Shown here: positions 9,963-19,959 of the stretch, one piece after another
How positions within the stretch are numbered: the stretch's first letter is position 1
Layout: each line of letters opens with the position of its first letter
Origin: Gemmatales bacterium
GTDB lineage: Bacteria > Planctomycetota > Planctomycetia > Gemmatales > HRBIN36
Direction: 5' to 3'
DNA: 64,000 nt
Assembly (NCBI GenBank): GCA_041640595.1
Contig: JBEPZY010000001.1
Span: forward strand, 256,001-320,000
Notes under the pieces: model-generated
The model's input: only the letters and a program-made list of their open reading frames with translations
Databases searched by the model: none
Told to the model about the DNA's origin: nothing
Translations under genes and position numbers: made by a program

Positions 9963-10235
9963 ATGCCGCAAGCTATTGTTGACCCCGGGGAATTGCGACG
10001 CTTTGCCCACAATCTCAAGCAGTTTGTGACCGATTTGCAGGGCCGCTTGCAGGTATTGCATAGTCAAATGCTGGCCCTGGGTGACACCTGGCGCGATCAG
10101 GAACACGAAAAGTTCGCCGAGGAATTTCAGCAAACGGTTCAGGTGCTCAAACGTTTTACAGAATCGGCGGAAAAGCAAGTCCCCTTCTTACTTCGCAAGG
10201 CTGAGAAAATCGAAGAGTATCTCCGGATTCGCTAA
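9963..10235 (+). CDS. WXG100 (ESAT-6-like) family protein
   Basis: 90 aa from ATG 9963 after a GAGGAGG RBS; VDPGELRRFA N-terminus, central W-R-D turn, helical hairpin pattern. Confidence 0.85.
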   Translation: MPQAIVDPGELRRFAHNLKQFVTDLQGRLQVLHSQMLALGDTWRDQEHEKFAEEFQQTVQVLKRFTESAEKQVPFLLRKAEKIEEYLRIR

Positions 10236-10238
10236 GCC

Positions 10239-10778
10239 ATGTCCCAGGAAGCACGCGTCCTGTCGGTGGAAGTGCTGGAGGAATTGCGAGCGGCTCTGGT
10301 GCGCTTTAAACAGGAGGCCAGCGCGGCACTCAGTTCTGTAGCGCTGATCGTGGAACGAATGGCGGTCTGGTTGGAACAGCAGGAACGATTCTGGAAGCAG
10401 GAGATTCGCAAACGCGAACAGGCTGTTTCCGAGGCACGACTGGAATTGCAACGGCGAAAATTGATGACCACGGTTCAGGGCCGGCCTCCGGACACGACCG
10501 AGCAAGAAAAAGCCCTGCGTAAAGCCCAGGCCCGATTGCAGGAAGCGGAACAGAAACTCCAGGCAACCAAATCCTGGATGATTCGCTGGCCGCGGGTGGT
10601 CAATGAATATGGCTCGTCCGGCCAGCGGCTCAGCGAGTTTCTGGAGGCCGAGATGCCGCAACTATTGGCCTGGATGCAGGGGCGAATCGAGGCACTGGAA
10701 GCCTATTTAGCGCTTCAGGCTCCCGAACCGCCTGGCCCTACCGCTGCCAGTGATACTGGCTCCACCACTTCCCCATGA
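10239..10778 (+). CDS. Coiled-coil protein of the WXG100/FtsK cluster
   Basis: 179 aa, all-helical composition, 3 bp after the WXG100 gene. Confidence 0.75.
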   Translation: MSQEARVLSVEVLEELRAALVRFKQEASAALSSVALIVERMAVWLEQQERFWKQEIRKREQAVSEARLELQRRKLMTTVQGRPPDTTEQEKALRKAQARLQEAEQKLQATKSWMIRWPRVVNEYGSSGQRLSEFLEAEMPQLLAWMQGRIEALEAYLALQAPEPPGPTAASDTGSTTSP

Positions 10779-10790
10779 CCGGGCCGCACC

Positions 10791-11003
10791 ATGTCCCTGC
10801 AAACCGGAATTGCCCAGCTGCATGAGGCGATGCGCGACCTGCGACGGGCAGCGGATCGCGCCCAGATGTACTGGACGGATACGGTGCAGCAGGAATTCGA
10901 GAAACGTTATTTGCAGCCTCTGGAGCTGATCGTCCAGCGCACCTTGGAGGAAATGCAGCGTCTGGACGAAGCGTTGCGGCAAATGCAACGAGATTGCACG
11001 TGA
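10791..11003 (+). CDS. Small WXG100-like helical hairpin protein
   Basis: 70 aa with central W-T-D followed by QQEFEKRY; operonic position. Confidence 0.7.
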   Translation: MSLQTGIAQLHEAMRDLRRAADRAQMYWTDTVQQEFEKRYLQPLELIVQRTLEEMQRLDEALRQMQRDCT

Positions 11004-11025
11004 CTCGCTGACTTCGGGAATCAAC

Positions 11026-14000
11026 ATGTCCGTCACCCAAGCCGAACCGGTCAGCCCATCCACGAACGTTCCGCTGTTGGAACGCCAGCGTGAACTCCTG
11101 AACCGTCTCCGCGAGATTATCCGCTGGCGGACGCAGACGGAGGTGGAACTGGAGCAACATTATCGCCGCCGGCTGGAACAAATCGAGGCTCACCACCGTC
11201 GCCGTCTGCCGGAAATCGAGAATCGCTACCGGCAGCAACGTGCGGAGCTGGAAAGGCAGTTGCAGGAATCGCTCCAGGCCCTTCAGACGGAACAGGAAAG
11301 CGAAACCGCCGCCATTGAAGCGGAATGGCACGAGCGACGCGCCAGCCTGGAGGAACGGGCCCAGCAGGAACGCGAAAACAAAGAACGCGAATTCGAGGAA
11401 CGCAAATGGGAACTGAATACCGAATACGAAGCGGCGGCCAGCGATCTGGAAGAACGCTCGCGCAAGCTGGAGTTGAAGTTGCAGGAACAGTGGGCACGCA
11501 TTAAGGCCATTCGGGAGGAGGCTCGCCAGCTGCTTCAGGTCTGGCGGCAACCGGTGGAAAAAGTCGTTGCCGTTCGACCCAAATTCACCAAAGACGACGA
11601 CTTGCTGGCCATCGTCCAGGCTAAAACCGACCTGGCCAGGGAATACCTCGAAAGCCTCAAGACCTTGGTGCTTCCCCGCTGTTTGGAAGGCAAGCGACCC
11701 TGGTGGCTGGCCACGTTTCTTGCCGTGCTGTTGGCGCCATTGTTTTTGATTGGTTACGCGGTGTTGATCGCCGGTCAAAGTGTCGGCCAGCTGCTGGCAG
11801 GCTCGTTTTGGGCCGAACATGCTTTGCCCGCTCTGCTGACCAGTCTGGTGGGTGCAATCCTCGGAAGCGGATTGATCCTGCTGGGCGTCTACTGGCTGGC
11901 ACGCTGGCGAGTCTGGCAACTGTACCGGCCACTTTTGACGGAAATTTACGAGGCTTGCAAAGCCGGACAAATCTGCAAGGAAGCCGCGGAAGCCGCCTAT
12001 CGTCGCCAGGCCGCTGAACTGAAAGCACGCCGGCAGAAGTTTGAAGAAACCCTCAAGGCGATGATCGTGGAGCATCGTCGCTGGCTGGCTGAGCATGAGG
12101 TACAGAGTCAGCGCGACCTGCAGTCGTGCGACGAACAATTCCGCAGCCGCCTCGACAGTTGCCGGCGGCAGTTTACCAGCCGTCGCCAGCAAATCTCCCA
12201 GGAACTTACTTCCCGGTTGGCAGAGCTGGACAGGCAATATCAGGCCCAGCGCCAGCGTATCGAAGACGAGTACCAGCAGGGCCTGGCTCAGTTGGAAGCG
12301 TGGCGGCAACAGCAGTGGGGACAATTGCGGCAACGCTGGGCAGAGACCATGCGGCAAATCCGTCGCCTGTCCGCCGAATTTCACCAGCAGGCCTACCAGG
12401 CTTGTCCGTCGTGGGAGGATGATTTCTGGAATCACTGGCAGGCACCCGTAGTTCCTGCGGAGAAGATTCCGCTGGGCCGATTCCACCTGGCACTCCGCGA
12501 TTGGAAAGACGCCATCCCGGATGATGCCGACATGCGAGCGGCGACGCCGTCGGAACTCTGGTTAGCTGCCGCTCTCGAATTTCCGGAACGCTGTTCGTGT
12601 GTGGTACGCTTGCCGGAGAATGCAGCCGCGAACGACCAGGCACGTGTCGCTGCTTTGCGATTTATGCAGATGTATCTATTCCGTCTCCTGGCTACCATCC
12701 CGCCTGGAAAACTTCGTTTCACCATTCTCGACCCGGTGGGCCTTGGGGAACCGTTTTCCGCTTTCATGCACCTGGCCGATTACGACGAGCAGCTGGTTAC
12801 CAGTCGCATCTGGACCGAACCGCAACACATCGAGCAACGCCTGGCCGACCTGACCGCCCACATGGAGACGGTGCTGCAAACCTATCTCCGCAACCAGTAC
12901 GCCACTATCGAGGAATACAATCAGCAAGCCGGCGAACTGGCCGAACCTTATCGCATTCTCGTTGTCGCAGATTTCCCGACGAATTTTACTTCGGAAGCAG
13001 CCCGGCGATTGGCCAGCATCATCGCCAGTGGTGCCCGTTGCGGTGTTTATGTCGTCATCAGTGTCGACCCGCGTTTGCCCATGCCGCATGGCTTTCAGCT
13101 GGAGGACCTCGAACGTGCCGGAGCCATGCTGGTCTGGAAAAATAATCGGCTGGCGTGGAACGACGCCGATTTTGGCCAGTTGCCGCTGCACCTCGACCCA
13201 CCTCCGCCGGATCAGCTGTGCACCCGTTTGATGCACGAGATCGGCAAGGCCGCTCTGGCTGCCAAACGAGTCGAGGTACCGTTCAGCTGGGTGGCACCAC
13301 CGCCGGAAAAACGCTGGGCCAGCGACTCCAGTTCCGGAATCGAAATTCCTATCGGTCGCTGTGGAGCCACCAAGCGGCAGTATTTCCGACTTGGCCAGGG
13401 AACCGCCCAGCATGTGCTGATTGCGGGTAAGACCGGTTCGGGAAAATCTACGCTGTTGCACGTCCTGATTACCAATCTCGCCCTGCATTACAGCCCTCAG
13501 GAAGTGGAACTTTATCTGGTGGACTTCAAAAAAGGCGTGGAATTCAAGACGTATGCGACACATCGTTTGCCGCATGCCCGTGTCATTGCCATCGAAAGTG
13601 AGCGGGAGTTCGGCCTGAGCGTGTTGCAGCGATTGGATGCCGAGCTGAGACATCGCGGGGAATTATTCCGGCAGGCCGGCGTGCAGGATATTCGCGCCTA
13701 TCGGCAGGTGACCGGTCAGCCCTTGCCGCGAATTCTGCTCCTGGTGGACGAGTTTCAGGAATTCTTCGTGGAAGACGACCGCATCGCTCAGGAGTCAGCG
13801 CAACTGCTGGACCGTCTGGTGCGGCAGGGACGTGCGTTTGGTTTGCACGTCGTCCTCGGCTCACAGACTCTGGGCGGAGCCTACACTCTGGCACGCAGCA
13901 CACTCGACCAGATGGCCGTGCGAATTGCCCTGCAATGCAGCGAAGCAGATTCCGCATTGATCCTGAGCGAAGACAACACAGCAGCCCGTTTGCTCAGCCG

Positions 14001-15039
14001 GCCAGGAGAAGCTATTTACAACGATGCCAACGGCCTGGTCGAAGGGAACAGCCCATTTCAAATCGTATGGCTCAGCGACGCTACCCGCGACCAGTATCTA
14101 CGCGAGATCGAGGAATTGGCCCGTCGCCGGCAGCTTCCCGCACTGCCGCAGGTGGTTTTCGAAGGCAACGCTCCCTCGATCCTGGCCAGCAATACCGAGT
14201 TGTGGAAGCGCATTTCCGGTCAGGTTCCGCCCAGTCCCACACCGGTGGTGTGGTTCGGCGATTCCATTGCCATCCGCGAACCCACGCACTTGGTGCTGCA
14301 CCGCCACACCGGCGCCAATCTGGCTATTCTCGGTCAGGACGAAACCTTAGCGGCAGGGATGTTCTGTGCGAGCCTGATCGCACTGGCGGCTCAGCTTCCT
14401 GTTCGGGCGGAGGGCAGCGGTTCCGACAACCAGCATACGGCAACTTTTTATGTTCTCGACGGTAGTCTGGAAGGAACACCGGTATCGGCCAGTTTGACGG
14501 CAACCTTGGCCGTCCTGCCTCAGCCCATCCGTCTCGGCCGCTGGCGCGAAGTCAGCACCATTTTGCAGGAATTGCATGCCGAGATGCAGAAACGCATTCA
14601 GTCGGCAGATGCACCCAGTCCGACCTGGGTGCTTTGGATTTTCGGCTTACACCGTTTCCGTGACCTTCGCCGCGAGGAAGATGATTACGGTTTCGGTTTT
14701 GATAGCTCCAAGCCACCCAGTGCAGCTCGTCTGCTTGCGGAACTGTTGCGGGAAGGGCCTACGGTCGGGATTCACGTGTTTCTCTGGTGCGACACGCTTA
14801 CCAACCTGCAACGTTCCTTCGACCGGGCCGCTCTGCGCGAACTGAATTATCGCATCGCCATGCAAATGAGTGCCAACGATTCCAGCAACTTTCTCGATTC
14901 ACCGCTGGCGTCCCGGCTCGGTCCCTATCGCGCATACTTCTACAGCGAAGAGCAGGGACGGCTGGAGAAATTCCGTCCCTATGGCTTACCGGATGAGGCT
15001 TACCTGCAACAAGTGGCACTTCATTTGCGCTCTCGCTAA
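11026..15039 (+). CDS. FtsK/SpoIIIE multi-domain ATPase (EccC/EssC-like)
   Basis: N-terminal coiled coil with two TM helices; GKTGSGKS, LVDFKKGVEF, LLVDEFQ, RQGRAFGLHVVLGSQ; flanking degenerate domains (GARCGVYV, GPTVGIHV). Confidence 0.9.
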   Translation: MSVTQAEPVSPSTNVPLLERQRELLNRLREIIRWRTQTEVELEQHYRRRLEQIEAHHRRRLPEIENRYRQQRAELERQLQESLQALQTEQESETAAIEAEWHERRASLEERAQQERENKEREFEERKWELNTEYEAAASDLEERSRKLELKLQEQWARIKAIREEARQLLQVWRQPVEKVVAVRPKFTKDDDLLAIVQAKTDLAREYLESLKTLVLPRCLEGKRPWWLATFLAVLLAPLFLIGYAVLIAGQSVGQLLAGSFWAEHALPALLTSLVGAILGSGLILLGVYWLARWRVWQLYRPLLTEIYEACKAGQICKEAAEAAYRRQAAELKARRQKFEETLKAMIVEHRRWLAEHEVQSQRDLQSCDEQFRSRLDSCRRQFTSRRQQISQELTSRLAELDRQYQAQRQRIEDEYQQGLAQLEAWRQQQWGQLRQRWAETMRQIRRLSAEFHQQAYQACPSWEDDFWNHWQAPVVPAEKIPLGRFHLALRDWKDAIPDDADMRAATPSELWLAAALEFPERCSCVVRLPENAAANDQARVAALRFMQMYLFRLLATIPPGKLRFTILDPVGLGEPFSAFMHLADYDEQLVTSRIWTEPQHIEQRLADLTAHMETVLQTYLRNQYATIEEYNQQAGELAEPYRILVVADFPTNFTSEAARRLASIIASGARCGVYVVISVDPRLPMPHGFQLEDLERAGAMLVWKNNRLAWNDADFGQLPLHLDPPPPDQLCTRLMHEIGKAALAAKRVEVPFSWVAPPPEKRWASDSSSGIEIPIGRCGATKRQYFRLGQGTAQHVLIAGKTGSGKSTLLHVLITNLALHYSPQEVELYLVDFKKGVEFKTYATHRLPHARVIAIESEREFGLSVLQRLDAELRHRGELFRQAGVQDIRAYRQVTGQPLPRILLLVDEFQEFFVEDDRIAQESAQLLDRLVRQGRAFGLHVVLGSQTLGGAYTLARSTLDQMAVRIALQCSEADSALILSEDNTAARLLSRPGEAIYNDANGLVEGNSPFQIVWLSDATRDQYLREIEELARRRQLPALPQVVFEGNAPSILASNTELWKRISGQVPPSPTPVVWFGDSIAIREPTHLVLHRHTGANLAILGQDETLAAGMFCASLIALAAQLPVRAEGSGSDNQHTATFYVLDGSLEGTPVSASLTATLAVLPQPIRLGRWREVSTILQELHAEMQKRIQSADAPSPTWVLWIFGLHRFRDLRREEDDYGFGFDSSKPPSAARLLAELLREGPTVGIHVFLWCDTLTNLQRSFDRAALRELNYRIAMQMSANDSSNFLDSPLASRLGPYRAYFYSEEQGRLEKFRPYGLPDEAYLQQVALHLRSR

Positions 15040-15061
15040 GTGGTTGTGCTGGAGTTTTCCC

Positions 15062-15088
15062 TTGACAATCTCCAGCAAGCGGCATAAT
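15062..15088 (+). promoter_or_regulatory. Putative sigma70 promoter of speA
   Basis: TTGACA (15062-15067) and CATAAT (15083-15088); the 15-bp spacer is short. Confidence 0.4.
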
Positions 15089-15161
15089 GATTGTCCAAAT
15101 AAAAGTTTTTGCGTTCTGACCTTCCCTGAATTTGTGCAGCGGGCGCACACCTGGAAACTCA

Positions 15162-17093
15162 ATGAGCGGAGCTAAACCTGGAATGGAGCTACTCGAAACC
15201 TGGTCTATACAAGACGCGGCAGAAACCTACGGCATCCGCAACTGGGGCAAAGGCTATTTCTCGATTAACGAGCGTGGCCACGTTACCATCCATCCTTATA
15301 AGTCCCCGGAGCCAGCCATAGACCTGAAAGAGCTAGTGGACCAGTTGCAGGCCCGTGGCATCCAGCTGCCGATCCTGCTCCGTTTTAGCGACATCCTGCG
15401 GCACCGCTTGAGTGAAATTCATCAAGCCTTCCGCGCTGCCATTTCCGAGTACCACTACCAGGGTGACTATATTTCCGTCTATCCCATCAAGGTGAACCAG
15501 CAACGCCACGTCGTGGAAGAGCTGTTGCACTATGGCAAGGAACTGCGTTTTGGTCTGGAAGCCGGCTCCAAACCGGAATTGCTGGCTGTGCTGGCTCTCA
15601 CCAACGGGCAGGACAAAACGCTGATCATTTGCAACGGTTTCAAGGACGATGAGTTTTTGCGGATGACCGTGCTGGCCCGCAAGATTGGCAAACCTATCAT
15701 TCCGGTGATCGAGAAGTTTACCGAACTGGAAACGCTGGTTCAGCACGCTCGCGATTTGCAGGTGCGCCCCGTTCTAGGAGTGCGGGCAAAGTTGGCGGCA
15801 CGTGGTTCCGGTCGCTGGAAACTTTCGGCTGGATACCGCTCGAAATTTGGCCTGACCGTTACGGAAATCCTCGATGCTCTCGAGTATCTGAAATCCGAGG
15901 GCATGGCCGACTGTTTGCAACTGTTGCATTTTCATCTAGGCAGTCAGATCACTAACATTCGCAGCATTAAAAATGCCATTAACGAAGCGGCTCGCATCTA
16001 CGTCGAGTTGAAACGGCTGGGAGCTGGTCTGCGATACTTAGACGTGGGAGGCGGACTGGGCATTGATTATGACGGTTCGCAAACCGATTTTGAATCCTCG
16101 GTCAACTATACCTTGCAGGAATACGCCAACGACGTCGTTTACTATATCAAGAGCATCTGCGACGAAGCCGAGGTCGAGCATCCCACTATCATCACCGAAT
16201 GTGGTCGAGCTATCGTAGCCTATCACAGCGTTCTGGTCTTTAATGTGCTGGGGGTGTCCGATTTTGAAGACAGTCCGTTGCCCGAAGAGTTACCTGAAGA
16301 GGCACCGCAACCAGTGCGCGATCTGTTCGCCATCTGTCGGGAGCTTAACAAAAAGAACTACCTGGAAAGTTATCACGATGCCCAGCAGGCTATTGAGCAG
16401 GCGTTGCATGCGTTTACTCTGGGCTATATGAGCTTAGAGATGCGCGGCTTAGCAGAACGCTTATTCTGGGCATTTGCTAATAAGCTGTTGCGTATCGTTC
16501 GGGAACTGCCTTACATTCCGGAAGAATTGCAAAACTTAGAGGCGTTGCTTTCGGATACTTACTTCTGCAACTTTTCCGTGTTCCAATCTATGCCCGATAG
16601 CTGGGCAATCAATCAGGTTTTTCCGGTGATGCCGATCCACCGCCTGGATGAACCACCGACACGCCGTGGCATTCTCGGAGATATTACCTGCGATTCTGAC
16701 GGCAAAATTGATAAGTTTCCTTCCCTGCGGGATGTCAAGCCGGTCTTAGAGTTACATCCGTTCACCGGTGAGCCATACTACTTAGGGGCGTTCCTGCTTG
16801 GAGCGTATCAGGAAATTCTTGGCGATTTGCACAATCTATTCGGAGACACGAACGCCGTACATGTCCGTGTAGATGAAAGCGGCGAGGTCTATATCGAAGC
16901 GGTGATTAAGGGAGACACCGTCCGCGAAGTTTTGCATTACGTACAGTATTCCGCTGATGAATTGCTGGCCCAGATGCGTCGCGATGTTGAGAAAGCGGTG
17001 CGGGCCAACCGCATTTCTCTGTCCGAGGCTCGGTTGTTACTACGCTTCTATGAAAACGGCTTGGAAGGTTATACTTACCTGGAAGAGCCTTGA
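15162..17093 (+). CDS. speA: Biosynthetic arginine decarboxylase
   Basis: VYPIKVNQ PLP lysine, GLEAGSKPEL, HFHLGSQI, DVGGGLG, DITCDSDG, GAYQEILGDLHNLFGD; start 15162 or 15183. Confidence 0.95.
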   Translation: MSGAKPGMELLETWSIQDAAETYGIRNWGKGYFSINERGHVTIHPYKSPEPAIDLKELVDQLQARGIQLPILLRFSDILRHRLSEIHQAFRAAISEYHYQGDYISVYPIKVNQQRHVVEELLHYGKELRFGLEAGSKPELLAVLALTNGQDKTLIICNGFKDDEFLRMTVLARKIGKPIIPVIEKFTELETLVQHARDLQVRPVLGVRAKLAARGSGRWKLSAGYRSKFGLTVTEILDALEYLKSEGMADCLQLLHFHLGSQITNIRSIKNAINEAARIYVELKRLGAGLRYLDVGGGLGIDYDGSQTDFESSVNYTLQEYANDVVYYIKSICDEAEVEHPTIITECGRAIVAYHSVLVFNVLGVSDFEDSPLPEELPEEAPQPVRDLFAICRELNKKNYLESYHDAQQAIEQALHAFTLGYMSLEMRGLAERLFWAFANKLLRIVRELPYIPEELQNLEALLSDTYFCNFSVFQSMPDSWAINQVFPVMPIHRLDEPPTRRGILGDITCDSDGKIDKFPSLRDVKPVLELHPFTGEPYYLGAFLLGAYQEILGDLHNLFGDTNAVHVRVDESGEVYIEAVIKGDTVREVLHYVQYSADELLAQMRRDVEKAVRANRISLSEARLLLRFYENGLEGYTYLEEP

Positions 17094-17137
17094 TTCCTGC
17101 TTAGCTGACAACTAAGTTAGGGTACCTGTGGAACAGG

Positions 17138-17701
17138 TTAGCGAATCCCGAGGGCAGACTGGAGCCGGCGTATCTGTTCCGGCATAGGGCGCGGTGGCTG
17201 GGGCGTTTTCTGTCCAGGTCGTCCGATAACTTCCAGCCAGATAAACACCGGGCCGGGAGGCTCTAAGCAGGAGGCGGCATGAGTTTCCCAGCTATTTCTG
17301 TCGCGGAAATGATAAACCCGCCGAATGCCGGCACCCTCAGCGATTCGCGCAAAGTCAATCTGGCGCGAGCCGACGATTGGTTGCCCCCCGGTTACCTCAT
17401 ACATGCCATTATCCATGACCACGAGATAAAGCTGGGCCGGATAGCTGGCGATCGTGATAAGACAGCCGAGGTTCATGATCAGGCTGCCATCGCCGCATAC
17501 AGCGATGACCCGGCGATTCGGTAAAGCAAGGGCCAGACCTAAGCCGAGTGCTGGTCCCTGACCCATAGCTGAGGGCATGTATGCGAAGTCCAGCGGCGTA
17601 TCGGAGAGTTTGGGCCAGATGCCCACCGCACCCATCGTAGTAAGAACCAAGGCATCCCCGCGATTGCGGGCGAGAACTTCTAGAGCTTCTTCCGGAGTCA
17701 T
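17138..17701 (-). CDS. TPP-binding decarboxylase beta subunit (ComE/phosphonopyruvate decarboxylase-like)
   Basis: SAMGQG, GDGSLIMN..DNGMYEVTGGQP TPP motif. Confidence 0.85.
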   Translation of the reverse strand: MTPEEALEVLARNRGDALVLTTMGAVGIWPKLSDTPLDFAYMPSAMGQGPALGLGLALALPNRRVIAVCGDGSLIMNLGCLITIASYPAQLYLVVMDNGMYEVTGGQPIVGSRQIDFARIAEGAGIRRVYHFRDRNSWETHAASCLEPPGPVFIWLEVIGRPGQKTPQPPRPMPEQIRRLQSALGIR

Positions 17702-17723
17702 GGCCAGTTTCTCATGGCTGCGG

Positions 17724-18206
17724 TTATTCGGGAATGCAAGCGACAAAAGGTCGTCCTTGTTGCCGCGCAGAAATATAGAGCTGCACTAAGTCCGCTGCGT
17801 TGGCCTGGGCACTTAGTATTTGAAAGGGTACCTGCCAGGCCTCTAAAATCGGAATCGTGAAACGCGGACAGGTGTCGGCGGTGCGTCGTTCTTGATACGC
17901 GAGATAACTACGAATGCCCAGGATTAGAAACAGGGGTAACTGCAGGTCGTGGACGACGTTGCGAAAAGCGTCGCCGGCATCGAAAAAACCTGTGCATTGC
18001 ATGGCCACAACAGGTTGCTTGCCGCCGAGCATAAGCCCCGCGGCAACGCCAAAGGCCTCCGCTTCCCGACTCACCCGAATCAATTGCAGTCGAGGCTCAG
18101 CCACTAAGTCCGCTTCCCAGCGACCTAATTCGCTATCCGGTATCCAGAGCCAGTGGCTTACTCCTTGATTCACAAGGCCGACAACCAAGTCCCGACCACT
18201 AATCAT
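17724..18206 (-). CDS. TPP-dependent decarboxylase alpha subunit (ComD-like)
   Basis: IPDSEL, VSREAEAFGVAAG..GKQPVVAMQCTG; adjacent to the beta subunit. Confidence 0.8.
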   Translation of the reverse strand: MISGRDLVVGLVNQGVSHWLWIPDSELGRWEADLVAEPRLQLIRVSREAEAFGVAAGLMLGGKQPVVAMQCTGFFDAGDAFRNVVHDLQLPLFLILGIRSYLAYQERRTADTCPRFTIPILEAWQVPFQILSAQANAADLVQLYISARQQGRPFVACIPE

Positions 18207-19950
18207 GAGGGGTTTCCTCCTGGGGTGCTTGAAGTTTCTGGTCGCGGTTCCGGCTACCTAGAGTGCCATAACGTGCGGCGAGGCTCAAGGGCGCCGGTGG
18301 CTCGAGTTCCTCGGCGGGTACAGGCCGCGTCGCTTCCAGAGCCAGGGGCAGAGTCACGGTAAAAGTGCTGCCATGACCGAGTTCGCTCTTCAAGCCGACG
18401 GTTCCCCCTAACAGTTTGCACAACTCCCGGACAATGGAAAGCCCCAATCCGGTGCCGGATTGTTGTCGAGTGAGAGCCTGGCCTACCTGGCGGAACTTTT
18501 CAAAGACCCGTTCCTGATCTTCCGGAGCGATACCGATGCCGGTGTCGCTTACGGACAGGATAAGGTGCTTGCCGTCGGTTTCGACCCGCACACAGACTCG
18601 CCCTCCTTCTGGAGTAAACTTGATAGCGTTCGAGAGCAGGTTCCAGAGAATCTGTTGAATCTTGCTGGCGTCCTGACGGGCCGGCGGTATTCCGGGTTCG
18701 ATTTCACTGCTTAGAGCGATATTCTTCTTCTCCGCCAGCGGCCGAAACATATTAAGCATGGTGTCCACGATTTCGCTGATGTGAAATTCCTCGATATGGA
18801 CTTCCATGCGGCCCGCTTCCATTTTAGCGAGGTCCAGCACGTCATTGATCAGGTTCAACAATTGCTGGCCGCTGCTCTGGATATTTTTCACCCAGCGGGT
18901 CTGTTTCTCGGAAAGTGGCGGGTCGCTGGTCAGTAGCACTTCGCTAAAGCCCAGAATACTATTCAAGGGAGTGCGCAATTCATGGCTGACCGTAGCCAGG
19001 AAATCATCCTTCAGCTTATTGCTCTGATATAGGGCCATGTTAGCCTGGGCAAGTTCGTCCACCTTGCGATCTAAGTCAGCGTTGACCCGGCGGAGTTGAT
19101 CCTGCATGCTCACCAGCGTGCGGATCATGCGGTTAAAAGCGTGGCTCAGGTCTTCAAACTCGTCGCCGGTCTGAATCTCGCTGCGGACATTAAGCTGGCC
19201 TGCCGAAATCGCATCGCTGACATCTTTCAGGTGCTTGACCGGTTTGACGACCACATAGCGGACGATGAGATAGCTGCCGCTCATCAGCAACAAAACTGTC
19301 ACCAGGGCGGTAGCAATCAAGATGGCCCGGTTTTTATGAATTTCGTCGTCCATAGGCTTAGTGGACATAGATACACTAGCTACGCCGAGCAAAACCTGGC
19401 CCGCATCGGAATCCTTGCCGATGCGCCAGCCGGCACTGCGTGCGGAGGACTGGCGGTGGCAGTGAAGGCAGCGGTCATCTCCCCATAACGCAGCACGATA
19501 AATGTAGTTGTAAGGCGACTCGGCGGGAGCGTCGAGATAGAGGTCAGTTTCTTTACGCTGCGGATGCTCGCTAAATTCCTGAAGCAGGGCCTGGTGCTGC
19601 GGGTCATCGCTGCTGGCCGGAATAATGTCGGCTTTGTAAAGGAGTCCCTCCGGTTGCGCTCCGGACAGCCCCACGATACGCTGGCGGATTTGCTGTAAAA
19701 ATTCCTTTTGTTGCGAACTCAGCTGACCGCTCTCTTCGCCCCACTTCTCTAAATGCAGACGGAGTAGCGCCTGGTACACAAGCAAGCGACCCGTGAAACG
19801 AGCCTGTTCATAAACCAGGCTCTCGGTCATCCAGGCATAGTACCAGAAGCTGGCGGTGATCAACAGCAAACTGGCCGTGCCGAACAACAACAGGCACTTG
19901 CGTTCGAGATAAGTTTCGCCGAGCAAGCGTTTGAAGCGGCGATAAGACAT
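18199..19950 (-). CDS. Membrane sensor histidine kinase (HAMP-HisKA-HATPase)
   Basis: FLATVSHELRTPLN H-box, NLLSNAIKFT, DTGIGI, GTGLGL; two TM helices. Confidence 0.95.
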   Translation of the reverse strand: MSYRRFKRLLGETYLERKCLLLFGTASLLLITASFWYYAWMTESLVYEQARFTGRLLVYQALLRLHLEKWGEESGQLSSQQKEFLQQIRQRIVGLSGAQPEGLLYKADIIPASSDDPQHQALLQEFSEHPQRKETDLYLDAPAESPYNYIYRAALWGDDRCLHCHRQSSARSAGWRIGKDSDAGQVLLGVASVSMSTKPMDDEIHKNRAILIATALVTVLLLMSGSYLIVRYVVVKPVKHLKDVSDAISAGQLNVRSEIQTGDEFEDLSHAFNRMIRTLVSMQDQLRRVNADLDRKVDELAQANMALYQSNKLKDDFLATVSHELRTPLNSILGFSEVLLTSDPPLSEKQTRWVKNIQSSGQQLLNLINDVLDLAKMEAGRMEVHIEEFHISEIVDTMLNMFRPLAEKKNIALSSEIEPGIPPARQDASKIQQILWNLLSNAIKFTPEGGRVCVRVETDGKHLILSVSDTGIGIAPEDQERVFEKFRQVGQALTRQQSGTGLGLSIVRELCKLLGGTVGLKSELGHGSTFTVTLPLALEATRPVPAEELEPPAPLSLAARYGTLGSRNRDQKLQAPQEETPHD

Positions 19951-19959
19951 AGTGGCTTG

